The notes beneath the pieces were generated by a model. That model saw only the letters and a program-made list of their open reading frames with translations, was not told the DNA's origin and did no database searches. A DNA stretch of 64,000 nucleotides from the human T2T-CHM13v2.0 reference genome, Homo sapiens: the NCBI RefSeq assembly GCF_009914755.1, contig NC_060945.1, one strand, 5' to 3'. Position 1 is the stretch's first letter. Every line of letters starts with the position of its first letter. A program made the translations under genes and the position numbers. Of the stretch, positions 34,927 to 51,000 are shown one piece after another.

Positions 34927-35546
34927 GAGGAAGGAAGGAAAGAAGGGTGGAAGGAAGGAAGGGAGGAGGGGAGGAAGGGAGGGAGGAAGGGAGGAAGGAA
35001 GGGAGGGAGGAAGGGAGGAAGGGAGGGAGGGAGGGAGGGAGGAAGGGAGGGAGGAAGGGAGGGAGGGAGGAAGGGAGGGAGGGAGGAAGGGAGGGAGGAA
35101 GGGAGGGAGGGAGGGAGGGAGGAAGGGAGGGAGGGAGGGAGGGAGGGAGGGAGGAAGGGAGGGAGGTAGGGAGGGAGGGAGGGAGGGAGGGAGGGAGGGA
35201 GGAAGGGAGGGAGGGAGGGAGGAAGGGAGGGAGGGAGGAAAGAAGGGAGGAAGGAAGGGAGGGAGGGAGGAAGGGAGGGAGGGAGGGAGGAAGGGAGGGA
35301 GGGAGGAAGGAAGGGAGGGAGGGAGGAAGGGAGGGAGGGAGGGAGGAAGGGAGGGAGGAAGGGAGGGAGGGAGGAAGGGAGGTAGGGAGGGAGGGAGGGA
35401 GGGAGGGAGGGAGGAAGGGAGGGAGGGAGGGAGGAAGGGAGGGAGGAAGGAAGGGAGGGAGGGAGGGAGGGAGGAAGGGAGGGAGGAAGGGAGGGAGGGA
35501 GGGAGGGAGGAAGGGAGGGAGGGAGGGAGGGAGGAAGGGAGGGAGG
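34927..35546. repeat. ~620-bp polypurine (GGGA/GGAA/GGA)n tandem repeat
   Basis: Almost exclusively G and A on the plus strand (only three T seen). Confidence 0.98.
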
Positions 35547-36124
35547 CAGGCGGCAGGCACACGCACACAGGCTCTCTTTGCTTTCCAACAGGAAGGGGCT
35601 CAGGGTCTGTTTTCTTTTCCCTTCCTTTCAGATGGATCTTTCATATCTCCAATAACTCTTATCTTTCAGCAAACTCCAACAGGCCCCAAACGAGCTGAGA
35701 AAATATCCAACTTCAAAGGTTTTGCACAAATCATCTTAAAGGCCTGACCTAAGCCCGGAAAGCCGGAACGAAGCCCAGAAATCAGTCCTCATTTCATCGC
35801 CGTTTAGCCAAGACACCTTTCCCGTCCACAGATCACATCTGCCCCCTTCTGCCCCCGCCCAGGTCCCAACCACCTTGAGACACCTGCGTGATCCATCCTC
35901 AAAGCAATGAGTTAGGAGCCGCACTCCTGGTCCTTGGCCGGTGGCTTCAGTGTTATTCCGGGGGGCTGGGTGGGGGCACCTGTGGGGACTGCCCCGTGAG
36001 GCTGTGGTTTAATTTCCTTTGCTACTTTCCTTAGCTCTTCAGTCTCAGTCTCAGCCACTGAAATGTGTCTTGGCCACTGGTGGTACAGCACAGGGTGACA
36101 CTGTTGTCAGCGAGAGGAAGATGC

Positions 36125-36420
36125 TTTTTTTTTTTTTGAGATGGAGTTTTGCTCTGTTGCCCAGGCTGGAGTGCAGTGGTGCAATCTTGGCTCACTGCAA
36201 CCTCCACCGCCCGGGGTTCAAGCGATTCTCCTGTCTCAGCCTCATGAGTAGCTGGGATTACAGGCACCCACCACCATGCCCAGCTAATTTTTGTATTCTT
36301 AGTAGAGATGGGGTTTTGCCATATTGGCCAGGCTGGTGTCGAACTCCTGACCTCAGGCGGTCCACCTGCCTTGGCCTCCCAAAGTGCTGGGATTATAGAC
36401 ATGAGCCACTGCGCCCAGAC
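36125..36420 (-). mobile_element. AluS
   Basis: TSD aggaagatgc. Confidence 0.93.
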
Positions 36421-37343
36421 AGGAAGATGCGTTTGTGAGCCGGGACAATTGTGAGTGGAAAGAGAAGAAAAAAAGTAAAATAATAATACTAATAATGCCT
36501 TTTCTCTGGTCCTGGAAGATCTATATGAACTTGTATTTTACATCTCTTGTCTGGATTTAGCTGTGAAAGACCAGTAGACCAACTGGTGGGAAAAATACTT
36601 GCACGGCAGCAGGTTGTTTGAATAAAATAGGAGATTTCCAGTCTCAGATTGGATACATGCACTTAATATCAGCAGACTTGTTGTGAGTATAAGCCTCTAT
36701 AAACTGAGCACTGTTGCAGGCGATGGGGACGTGGAACTGGTAGGACCGATGGCTAAGCTCTCTTCCCCTCCACCCTGGAAAAAATGAACATAGGATCTGG
36801 CTGTGGCAGACAGCAGCCTACAGAAAGGTGGGGGCACCTCTCAGCTGGCCTTCAGCTCCAATACAGACACGGGAAAACCAGTCTCAGTTCAGGTCTGGGC
36901 CCCACTGGCTGCGTCTGCCTGGACACCATCAGCCCTGCACGAAGGTGGCCGCTGAGGGGCCCTCATGGGGGCTGAAATTCAACCAAGGCTTGATTCCTGC
37001 CTGAGGTGCCAGGAACCTGTCCCTTTCTTCTAGGTGGTTCGCTCAGCAAGGGTACTTTTTGTAATTCAGCCACCCAGATGGGAGTGTCCTCTTGCACTCC
37101 ATCCATCTGGATGAAGCACCTTTATTTTCTAATTTGGCCAGTTTCAGGGCACATGACAATCACCGATATGACAGAAGGGTAACCTTTCTGGGGTTGCATC
37201 TTAGGAAATTTCATTGAAGGAGGAGTAGAGAGATGATATCATTGACCACAGGACTCAAGAAATAAGCCCAGAGCACACATCGGTTTTGTGGGGGCAATGA
37301 ACCCCGCAACTGCGGGAAACTGACCTTCAGCACTTTGATGTGA

Positions 37344-37505
<162 letters not shown>

Positions 37506-38287
37506 TGAAACCTGCATACACACAGCCTTTTTGTTTTATGGGCTGGGTTCCTACAGAGAGTTATGAATGGAGGATTGAGTGCATTTAGGCTATTAGTAGA
37601 AAGTGATCAAGATTAGAATAGAGTGGCTTATCTGTGTTTAGAGTCTCTAAAGTTGTTGCAGGGGGCTTGTTGCAATGTCCGTACCAGGGCCCCAACCCAG
37701 ACCTACCGAATCAGAATTTCAGGAGGGGAGGTTAGGAATCTGTGGTTTTATGTCAGCCCCTGTTCCAGTCCACGTGACTCTTATGCATCATGATGTTGAG
37801 ATTCACTGATTTAGACACGCAGACAATAAATACTGATTCTTGGACTACAGAGCCAAAGACAAATCGAGTGACGTATTCTAGCTCATGGAGCCAGCTGGGC
37901 AAAGCCAGCAGGGATTTATTGCTCCTTAGATGATCAAAGCTGCCCCCAGGGCTGCTGTCATCTCCTGATGACGAGCAACATTTTCACAACATCAGGGGGT
38001 TGGTGGAGAAAATCGGGGGGTCTCCGGAGCAACCCCGGGAGCAGTACTGGGCCCAGAAGCCCGCCCCAGCCGCGCACACAGAGTCTACCTGTCTTCCAAT
38101 GCGAGTCCCGCGAGGTGAAGAATTAGAGCATGTTGTTCATTATAATGTTTGCTTTGCTTTTGGAAACACCCTGGGGCAACTCAGGCAAGGTTTTCAATGT
38201 GGTGTTTGACTTGGCTTAGCTGCAAAGTTCCCCCTTTTTGGTCTGTTTATGGCAAGTTAGCACACGGTCCCATATCCAGGAGCCTAA

Positions 38288-38866
<579 letters not shown>

Positions 38867-39449
38867 TAGCTCCCTCTTTCTTACATATTTTCTTTTCTTT
38901 TTACAAAGTCAACCCACTTTCAGTAGGAAGTTGCCGATTCTTTCTCATGTTTACTTTTGAGTTTCAAATAGACACCGCCTTATCTTTTAATAAGACTTGC
39001 TATCACTGTGCCAGCCACTCCATTTACATCATTTCATTTCATCTGCACAGAACTCTACGCAGGGGGTATGATTAGATCGCATTTAATGATGAGAAAGCAA
39101 ACTCGGAGAGCTTAAATCAGCGGCCCAAGGTAGCCCAGCTAACACCCGGGGGGTGCGGCTCAGCCGCAGGTCTTCTCAGCGATGTGGTTGCTGTCTGCCT
39201 GGCTAATGGCCTGCCACATCCTGAACCCTTCAATGTCACCCTCATCTTTCCTTCTCTGCCTTAGAAGAGAAAAGGATGATGGCTTATCTGAGGGCTGAAA
39301 GATTTCATCCACATCAAGCCCCATTTGCATGAAATGTATCTGCCCAGTTTATATCAGCAACATGAAGAGCAAAGAAAACTGCCTGTTTATATTGCCACAT
39401 CTGCAGGGCATTGAAATACATTATTAATGGGAGTTTCAGTCAATATCTC

Positions 39450-39451
<2 letters not shown>

Positions 39452-39484
<33 letters not shown>
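39452..39484. repeat. T33 homopolymer with no attached SINE body
   Basis: Direct reading. Confidence 0.95.
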
Positions 39485-39488
<4 letters not shown>

Positions 39489-41173
39489 AAGTGAAACCAT
39501 GATTGGGTTACATTAGTGTGAGTTGTAGAAACCAGGTTAAATCTGACCTTTGGGACATGGAGACGGTCATCTGACCCAGGGCGGGTCACATTCAAAGAGC
39601 ACAGACAAGGTCCCCCTGAAGTCAGTGGGACATTTGGGCCTGAGACTATGAAACTGAACTAGAACTTATGGGCTTTAGGGAACAAGCCCAAAAGCTCCTA
39701 AATTTCCTCCTTGAAGATCTCCTCGCTACTGTTTTTCTTCTAGATATTCTGCTGCTTTGACAGGTACGCCACCCCCTGTCTCCAAACTCACACGTTCAAC
39801 CCAGTGATGGGTGGAGACTGGGAGGCTCTGTTAGTCTCTCTTTTCAGTAGCCTGGCCCTAAATTAAAGGGCCCATGGTTTTCTCTAGTTGAACACACCCC
39901 AGGCTCCCAGCCAGCCCCTGGCCCTCGAGAGGGGTTGTTTTTGATGGCAGGAGGGAGATAAAAGTGAATGTATTTTAGGATCTTGTTACTAGGCCACAAG
40001 GAAACACTGGATGGAAAGTCTTATGAATTTGAAAAGACCTTTTTTTTTTTTTTTAAATCAAATCCAAGGAACCCAAAAGGCGTTAAGCTATTGTTTAAAC
40101 ATAGACCCAGTGCCCAAACCCTGCACACTAGTTTGTAGAGGTTGGAAGAGGCAGGATGGAAGGGGTTAATGGTGCTATTCTTTCTTGAATATTCTGTAAC
40201 ACACCACAATGAGCCAAAAGCAGTCACAGGGAACCGTCATGAGGAGTAGCATGTTTTTACCTATGTTAACTCCAACATCCGCAATAGCTGAACCTTAGAA
40301 TTATTATCCGAATTGTGCATACCAGGAAACAACAGATTTGATGAGTTTAATAACTTGTCCAACATTACAAAGTTAGCAAGAGGTAGGGTCCAGAAATGAA
40401 CAGGGTCCTTTCTTCTGCAGGCTGGCTCCCATGAAATACTATTCTTATGCCTGTTGAGGTCTGATGTGGTATCACATTATACTACTGGACCAGCTAGGGG
40501 GTCAAGAGCATTATGCCATCTCTGTAGTATGCTTAGGGGTCAGTCCTGAAATGAGCAGAGTTCACTTTCAGCCATGAAAAGGATATTCCGAGGAACTGAT
40601 ATCTTAGATTGCTTTCTTTTAGTGCATAGACATCACTTGAGAGGCTTCATGTTACTGAGACATCTTGTAAACTTTACAGCTACTGTTTTACACTTCATCA
40701 GCATTCCTGATCTTATTATGGTGTTCACTTCAAATAATGTTGGGTGTGTAAGAATCAAATGCAAATTGTACAGTATTTGACACGGATGTCTTTAGGAGCC
40801 AATATTTCCTTAAATATCATGGTTTCAGTGTTATCCACTAATGCTTTAATAGATAGGGTTTCTTTGCATTCATAAATGGTAATAAAGATACGAGTTGTCT
40901 ACTATAAAACCAAACACTTATATTTCCCAACTACTAAAACATCTATGTAATCTTGAATCCATCTGACCTAAAGGAAGGAAAATGTTCTCAACCCAGGCTA
41001 CACATTAGAACACTTGGGAAGCTTTGAAAAATTCTTAATGAATGGGCCCCACTCCTAGACCAATTAATTCAGATCTCTGAGAAGTGTGGTCTGAGAACTG
41101 ATGGTTTAGAAAACTGTACAGACAGTTCTAACATGCAGCCAGCTTGAGAACTACTGGGTTTAGACAAGAATGG

Positions 41174-41810
<637 letters not shown>

Positions 41811-42169
41811 CCAGCCAAGAATGGATTTTTAAATTAATGGAGTTAGGTCTGATTAATATCAATGCATTAATGTATAAATGTCTACATTATGCATTACAAT
41901 AAACAGTTTTGAATATAACACAACTAAAATATATGCAATGAATACAATACATACAGTAAGTCATTAGCTTCCAGGTATAAGTAGATGCTCAATAAATATT
42001 ACTGAGTTACTGAATGAATGGCATCCTACAAAGTTTTATATGAAAAATTATATTTTGATGAAATTAAGATGCCATCAATTGTAAGATGTAGTATCACTGA
42101 TAAAGAAAATAGATTCATTAAATTATGACATGCTATCTAGTATGTCACACCCTAACTTCAAAAATGTTA

Positions 42170-42465
<296 letters not shown>

Positions 42466-44039
42466 CAATATTTTGAAATTACTGTATTCTCTTTTTCTGC
42501 TTAGTCTAGGCCAACTGTTATACCATTAACTTCCACTAGATGCCGCTGTGACCTGCTACTTCAGGTTCCGAAAGGCAATCTGAAAGCCAATTTTCTCCAA
42601 GGATTTAAAATTGAAATAATTCACCCCCTTTAAAGACAAAAGATATTTTAACCACCTCATATTTTAGGGGGTTGTGGCTCATTCTTTCTTTGTGTTAAGA
42701 CCTATCTGAAGTATCTCATGAAGTGTACAATTATTTAAAAAGGAAACTGAAAAGTTTTAATGGCTTGATAGAAAACAATTGCTTCCCTTTTATCCACATC
42801 CCCAAATTTCACATTTTGCGTGTAACTCATGACTAGTCTGCAGTGGGTTATAGAGAAGAGATGGTAACACTGATAGGAAGGCTGATGTTGACTTCAATGA
42901 AATAAGAAGTAAAACTTGAAGGAAAGAGTATGACATCTTCTGATTTGAAGACAGCAGATCATGGTACCCTGTACCCATGAGTCACTGCTCCCAGAGATAG
43001 GAAAAGCTGGGTGGAAAAGAAAATTTGGGCTGATAGGACTGGGTCCTGAGCTTGAAGCCAAGCCCAGTGTTAACCCTGGGCATTGACCCAGGCCCTCCCT
43101 GACTGAAAATCTGGAAGATTTTCCCTGCTGGGTGAGAATCACTTTTTCAGCAAAACAATACAAGCTTTAGGGCCAAAAGGAAGCCCATGAAGCTTCCAGA
43201 GACGTGCTTAGAGCAATGCTGCTCAAATTCTTACCAATCTCCACTATATGAGAACAGAAATGGACAGTAAGTATCTCAAAACTTGTATAACAAATTTAAA
43301 CAGGTTTACGTCTGCTAAATCTAATAAAAAGAAATCAGGATTGTATTTCATATGTCTTTGTTTCATATTTCATTTTTCCAGTAATTCAATTCTTTTAGTA
43401 TTTTACAAAAGTATTGGTCCATAATAGATTGGAATTTTTAAAAAAATAGCCCTTCAGCCCAGATAGCTTTTGAAGCACTGCAGACAGCCCACCCCAAGCT
43501 GCTGGAGGAGGCAATTCCAGGACGATGAAGCCATCATACTCCTGAATAATGTTCTAGTAGACCAAACAGCTAAGAAAGGGCTGAAGAACAGGAGCACTTA
43601 GATGATAAAGGACAGGATGACTGGAGAGCTAAAAAGAAATCCTAAGAACAGAACACCTCGGGGAGTCCCAGCCTCTGAACCCACAGTCAGCAGCTCACCA
43701 GAACCTAACATTTCTGCAAAGGCTCAGAGATTCCACCATTGCCACTCCCAGCAGTTCGCCTGCCCAATGTAGACAATCAGCCTAGCACTGACTTTGGGAC
43801 AAGAGGATCTCAGGTGGTTACAGTGAAAAGAAAATGCAAAACCACTCAGGATTGCCCAAGTCTGACATATTTAGGTTCAGAAGAGAAACACACAGAGAGG
43901 TCCATTGTTAACCCCTTCCTGGTTTGATCCACCCAAAGCCAGCCGGCTTGGATGGAGGGGAGGCGTAAGGCACTGTGGACTTCCATTTATGGGTAACTGC
44001 GAGCTGGCTTTTGTCTTCTCTGAAAAATGCCCTGTTACA

Positions 44040-44900
<861 letters not shown>

Positions 44901-44953
44901 ATCAATTTAATAGGGAGCAAGGTATCTATTGCAGAGTATCAAGAGTTACAAGA

Positions 44954-45253
<300 letters not shown>

Positions 45254-45585
45254 GCACTACAGGAAATGGCAGCAAATATCAGTCAGCCAAAGACACAACC
45301 TGACACAAGCGGCTGCACAAAATAGTAGTTGCCCTTAAGCTCAAGGGACATCAACAAGGAAAAAACACACAACTCCCAGTGTTCTCTCAACCCATGGCTG
45401 TGTATATCTTTTAGTGATGAGCCTTGGGGACCCCATAAAACCCAGAGGAACATGTGGCAGAGGACCCAAGGCTTCCAGGGATTGTGGCCATCACCAGGTG
45501 AGAAAGCCCAGAGACAACCGCTTGAGTGTTTAATTACTATGTGAAAATGGAATGAGAGGGAAGGAAATTGGGTTTGGTTACTTCA

Positions 45586-45963
<378 letters not shown>

Positions 45964-47360
45964 TTACAAACGGGACACACACATTTCCTGTTTAATTCCA
46001 CCCTGCACAGTGCTGATTCACTATGATACCATTGGTCTCAGAAATACTTTTCTTAAAAGTTGTATATAATTACCACATATATACACATAAATAAAAATAT
46101 ACACACATATATGTGTATACATGCACACACACATACATATCACACTCTGTGCTCTCAGCCAGGGAGAGCTGGGGAAGGAGATTGTCTTTGGAGTCCTTAG
46201 CACATTACACTATATTACAAATGCTCTTGGCCGAAGAGTATTCTCAGTGCTGTCCTGAGTTGTGTTCTGCAAAATGCACTGTTTATTCCACTGTGATCTT
46301 CCTTTCTGCCACTCATTTCATGTTCTAGGGAACAGTTTTGACTCACAGTTATGGGTAAAAGGTGTTTGAGTGATTGTTCTAGACTCACCCTAAAGAGACC
46401 AAGGAAGAATATTATGCCAAGTGTCAAAAAGCTACTTTCCAGGCAGCTCAAGTTGCCTTCATGGAAATGATGAAGGAAGCAGAGGGTGAAGTTTAAGGAC
46501 AGGTGGAAATCCTTCACAATCCTATCGGGCATCATTAACAGCACTGTAAGGCTGGGAGAGATGACCAAGGGGATTTGAAAACAGCATTAGGGTAGGAAGC
46601 CGGAATTAAGCTTATAAAGACCCATAGAGCACGCAGTCCTTCTATGTCATGGCCTATCTGACAGATGCGTTGGGGGGCCCCGGAGAGCCAGGAGTAGTGG
46701 GCAGAGGGCAAGCAAGCACAGAGCCATCCTCTACAGTGGTCAGAGGGCAAGCAAGCACAGAGCCACCCTCTACAAGGACACCGGAGCACTGAGGCCATTG
46801 CTCTTGGGAAGAAACCACCGAGGTTTCTGTTAGCCAGGGTGGGCCAGCTGAATGTCTGCAACATCACTGAAAACAGTCACAAGTTGGAGAGACAATGGTC
46901 TTTTTAGCACTCCCCTTGGGGGAAGCAGTGTGGGAGATGGAAGGTTCTGGAGTAAGGGGTTATGCCTCGAGGGGCTGGCTTCAGGACATTGTCCTGTGGG
47001 TTGGTAGGCGTCCTTAATTGTGGGGCTTTTGTTTTGCTGAGAGGAGGCTGCAAGTTTGAGGCAAAAAATGAATTCTCTGGAGGTAAAGAAGCCGCTGAGG
47101 CTGCTCCCCGCTGGCCCTTTCTTCCTGCTGGGCCTTTCCTTTATTTATTTAGAGTACTCAGCCTTTCCTCTAGGTAAATATTGAAAGAATATATAAAAAC
47201 CAATAGTTTAAACAGTGTCAAATTATTATCCTGTCTCCACCTGGCCCTGGGCATGGCTGCGGTGTGTATTGTGCTAGGTTCTGACTCTCTTTGGTTGAGC
47301 AGGAGGCGGCCCTAGCGCCACAGGTGGAGATGGCTGCCCACCTGCTGTGAAGGCACTTAC

Positions 47361-47498
47361 GGTGTCCGCCATCTTGGGAGCAGCTCAGACCGGAAACCAC
47401 AGGCTGGAGAACGCAACTGGGAATGGAAAGCAGGAGTGGCTCTTTGTGTTGCTTTGGGCTGAATTAGGAGAAGGGTAGATGTTTGGAGGTGGTGTTGG
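47361..47498 (-). other. CLDN14: 138-nt internal non-coding exon of long CLDN14 isoforms
   Basis: Branch point TCTAAC + ctccttcttccctgcag| acceptor (AG at 47499-47500) and ACC|GTAAGT donor (GT at 47359-47360). The length matches my recall of a c.-219..c.-82 exon. Confidence 0.82.
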
Positions 47499-47703
47499 CT
47501 GCAGGGAAGAAGGAGTTAGAATGGGATGAAAATTTTTGGCCCAGAGAAGGGGAGCAGTGGTTGTTGGCTGAGGCATTTATTGAAGGATTCCCATGGAGAA
47601 GATACATATGGTTGGGGGCAGAGTCCCTGTTGAGAGGGAGTGCTGCCGGTTCCATACAGAAATTCCTTCTCCCTGACAACCGCAGATGTCTTAGCAGCAT
47701 TGC

Positions 47704-48012
<309 letters not shown>

Positions 48013-51000
48013 AGCAGCATTGCTTTTAGACTGACAGCTTAGAAACCAAAAGTCTGTTTACTGGCCACCTACACAACCTGTCAATCCCTAAACAACCTGA
48101 AGGTTTAGTGCCCTACCATAGACACCCTGTAACCCATTAAGAGGTCCAGCCTTTGCTACAGCAAATGGTGTAAACTCCCACGGCCCAGTTATGTCCAGGG
48201 CTCAGTTGGGTTTTTGGCCTCTTTATCCTCAAATGGGGAAAGCATAGCTCTGGGCCAGTCAAGCGCTGAGCTGATCCAAGACATTCTTCCACCCGCCAGA
48301 CTGGAAATACCGGAAAAGCGGTGGCAGCTGCCCTCAGAGGCAGTGTCAGTATTTTCTTTCCTTTTGGCCAGTTCCGTTTTGACTAGAAACTGGAATCATA
48401 ATTATAATGCTACATGTTTACAGATTTTAAGTAATTGATCCCTTGGAGTCCTCTTTTGGGGGAAAAGCATTCTACCCACCTCATACATCAGGAAAACAAG
48501 AGGCCATATGGTTTGGCTGGGCTGGGTGGTCTCTGGTGTCAGTAGGAGAGTGGAGACTGCGGCTTCAACAGTTCTTGACTTCTTGGCTTGTGTCCAGATC
48601 TCTGGGCCTTGCAGCCCCTAGAAAGGTGACACATGAGAAACCGAAGTGGACCAGACCATAAACTCTCAGGAGCAGTTACCTCTAGAGAGGAGGGCAGGCC
48701 TCGTGGCCCTGCCTGTGCCTGTTTCTCTTGGAGGGACAGGTTGGAGAGGAGGAAAACCCCTTACTACAGGAGTGTTTCACCTACCTTTAATTACCAGTTA
48801 AAACAAAACATTCTGTAATGAAAATTCCCCTTGAAAGAAACTCCAAGTTGCTGTGAAGGTTTCATCTTTCCCTTTTGAATCCCAAGGTCTGCAGCCATGT
48901 AATCCAATGTTGGTCTGGAAAAATATCTGGCTACAGAAAAACCCACATGGGGTGTTGGGGACGCCAGTAAAGGGCAGGAGGTTGGATCTTGTACAGTAGC
49001 CCTTAGCAAAATCCTTCAGGTCAAGCCCTGGTCTACTTATTAAGAACCCTCTTAACCCTTTTAATAAGAGGTAGATATGTTTTCTTCTGATTCTACCTTC
49101 TCTATTGCCAGCAATGTTTGTCCTCAATAAATTAATGTGAGTTGGTGGTGGATGTAGAAAAGGGGAGAAGGGAAACCTAGTTCTCCGATGGTTATGGCTA
49201 TTTCAAGATAAGGGAAGTGGCAGAAACACGGAGGGAGGCAGGCCGGGGAGCCTCCAACCCCAACAGGTGAAGACACACATAGAGGCATGCAAGTCAGCAA
49301 ACAAATTCAGGCTGGGTTCCCAGAGGGAAATGTTTGTGTTTTTTTCTAAGTGAGCAGGTGTAGTTAAGCACACCCTTTTCACGGTGCGTTGAAGCAGATT
49401 TCCAGCCCTGTTTGGAAGCACAACGTTGCCATCTCAATGGGTTGTCCTTCTGAACCCATAATAGCTGTTTACTTAGACCAGATCCTGTATTGCCTTGTGT
49501 CATTGTCCAATTTTCCTATGTGGATTTTACCAATTCAGTTGTAGATGTCTTAGTAACAGGGACCAGAATTTTTCCATAATCAATAGTAGTTTAAATGATT
49601 GAACAAAAAGTTTCCTCTTGTGTGCAATCAGCTGAGGAACGTAAACTAATTTCAGTCTCATTCCTAGTGCCTGATTTTTCTTCCATCATTCTAGGTTTCC
49701 TGTCTGGCCCACACTTCGAGAGTCCTCCCTGCTGCAGGGAGCACATCTGTGAGCCATGTGTTTCCTTTCTTTCCTCCTGTACAATGGTAATTTTTTTCTT
49801 AGCTACTACAGGAAGCCCAGCAGATTCAGATGTACAAGAAGCCACACCAAGACCTAAGATGATATTCACTGATGTTATCAGCAGGTTGATGCCAACATCT
49901 GCCTAGAGAGTGGTTACCCTGAGAAGTTTACCCCAGTTCTAAGTTTGGTTGGTCTGTTCTGAGGTGATAGCCTCGTACTGAAGTAATTTCTCCCCACCAA
50001 AGGGTCTAGAATAGGTTTATTTGTAATCTATTTTATGTAGCTGTGACTGCCTCAAGACACCTCAAAGGGTTATTAAGAGTGTGTGTCTAGGCATGTGGGT
50101 AACTGTTCCAGCTCAACAGCCTGTGAATACCATTAGTAGCCCTTGAAATGGATCTCCAGGAAGTGCTGACTGTTAATGACTCTGCCCTGATGCTCCTATG
50201 TGAGCAGAACAAAGAGATAATGTCTAAGTTTGCAGGTAGCTGAGCGCTCTAAATTGATGACTAGCTCAGGGAGAGGGAGGTGCTGTGCCATCCTAAGCCT
50301 AGAAGACATCGCCAAAGGAACAGTGGGAGATTAACAACTCTCCCATGTTAGGAGGGTGACTTGCCAAACTGATGGAAGAGTGACAAACTGATAGACTGTG
50401 GTGCTGTGTCCCTTCTACGAGCTGAGGGAGGGCTTCACCTGAGGCAGTCAGAAGTGCTAAGAGAAGATTTATGTGGTAAGGGAGAGGGAATCTTTCCAAC
50501 AATAGCTATTAATTGACTTTCATTTTGTAGAAGAATATTGTATTAAGTGTTTGGAGATAGGAAAAGTATGGCATGCTCTCAGGATGTTTATAATTTACTT
50601 GGGGAGATAAGGCACATGATTGAAAAGCTAGTAAAATACAAGACAATAGAATATCCACTCTCCGGAATAATATTCAGCCATTAACATGGATGAATTGGAT
50701 CCGTATGTACTCAGACTTGTGCAGGAAAAGGTCAGTAGCAGAACAAGACACCATCTATGTAAAAATTAAAGCAAAGCACACAGATGTGTGTGGACATATA
50801 TGTGTATGCATGTGAACATATCTGTGTATGCCTGTGAACATATGTGTGTATGCACACGGCTGAAGGGGGACTGGAGGAAAGCACGTGGAAAAAGAGCCAG
50901 AGGTTCCTCCTGGGGAGGGAAGTGAGACTGGGGAGGACAGAGAAGGGCACCTTTCATATTTTTACCACACATACTTTTGTATTGAATACATTATTTAGAA

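Noticed and set aside
34927-35546. EWS-FLI1 GGAA microsatellite enhancer
   Set aside because: Consecutive GGAA units are few; the tract is mostly GGGA/GGA
42531-42549. CTCF-like CCACTAGATGCCGCTG (also 18678-18692)
   Set aside because: Mismatch at a core position; not supportable without ChIP data
46696-46773. 39-bp tandem duplication (also a 21-bp one at 9029-9070)
   Set aside because: Ordinary two-copy slippage duplications; no spacers, so not CRISPR-like
48785-48930. Possible minus-strand exon with several AG/GT pairs
   Set aside because: Ambiguous boundaries and no independent support; 47361-47498 has much cleaner signals
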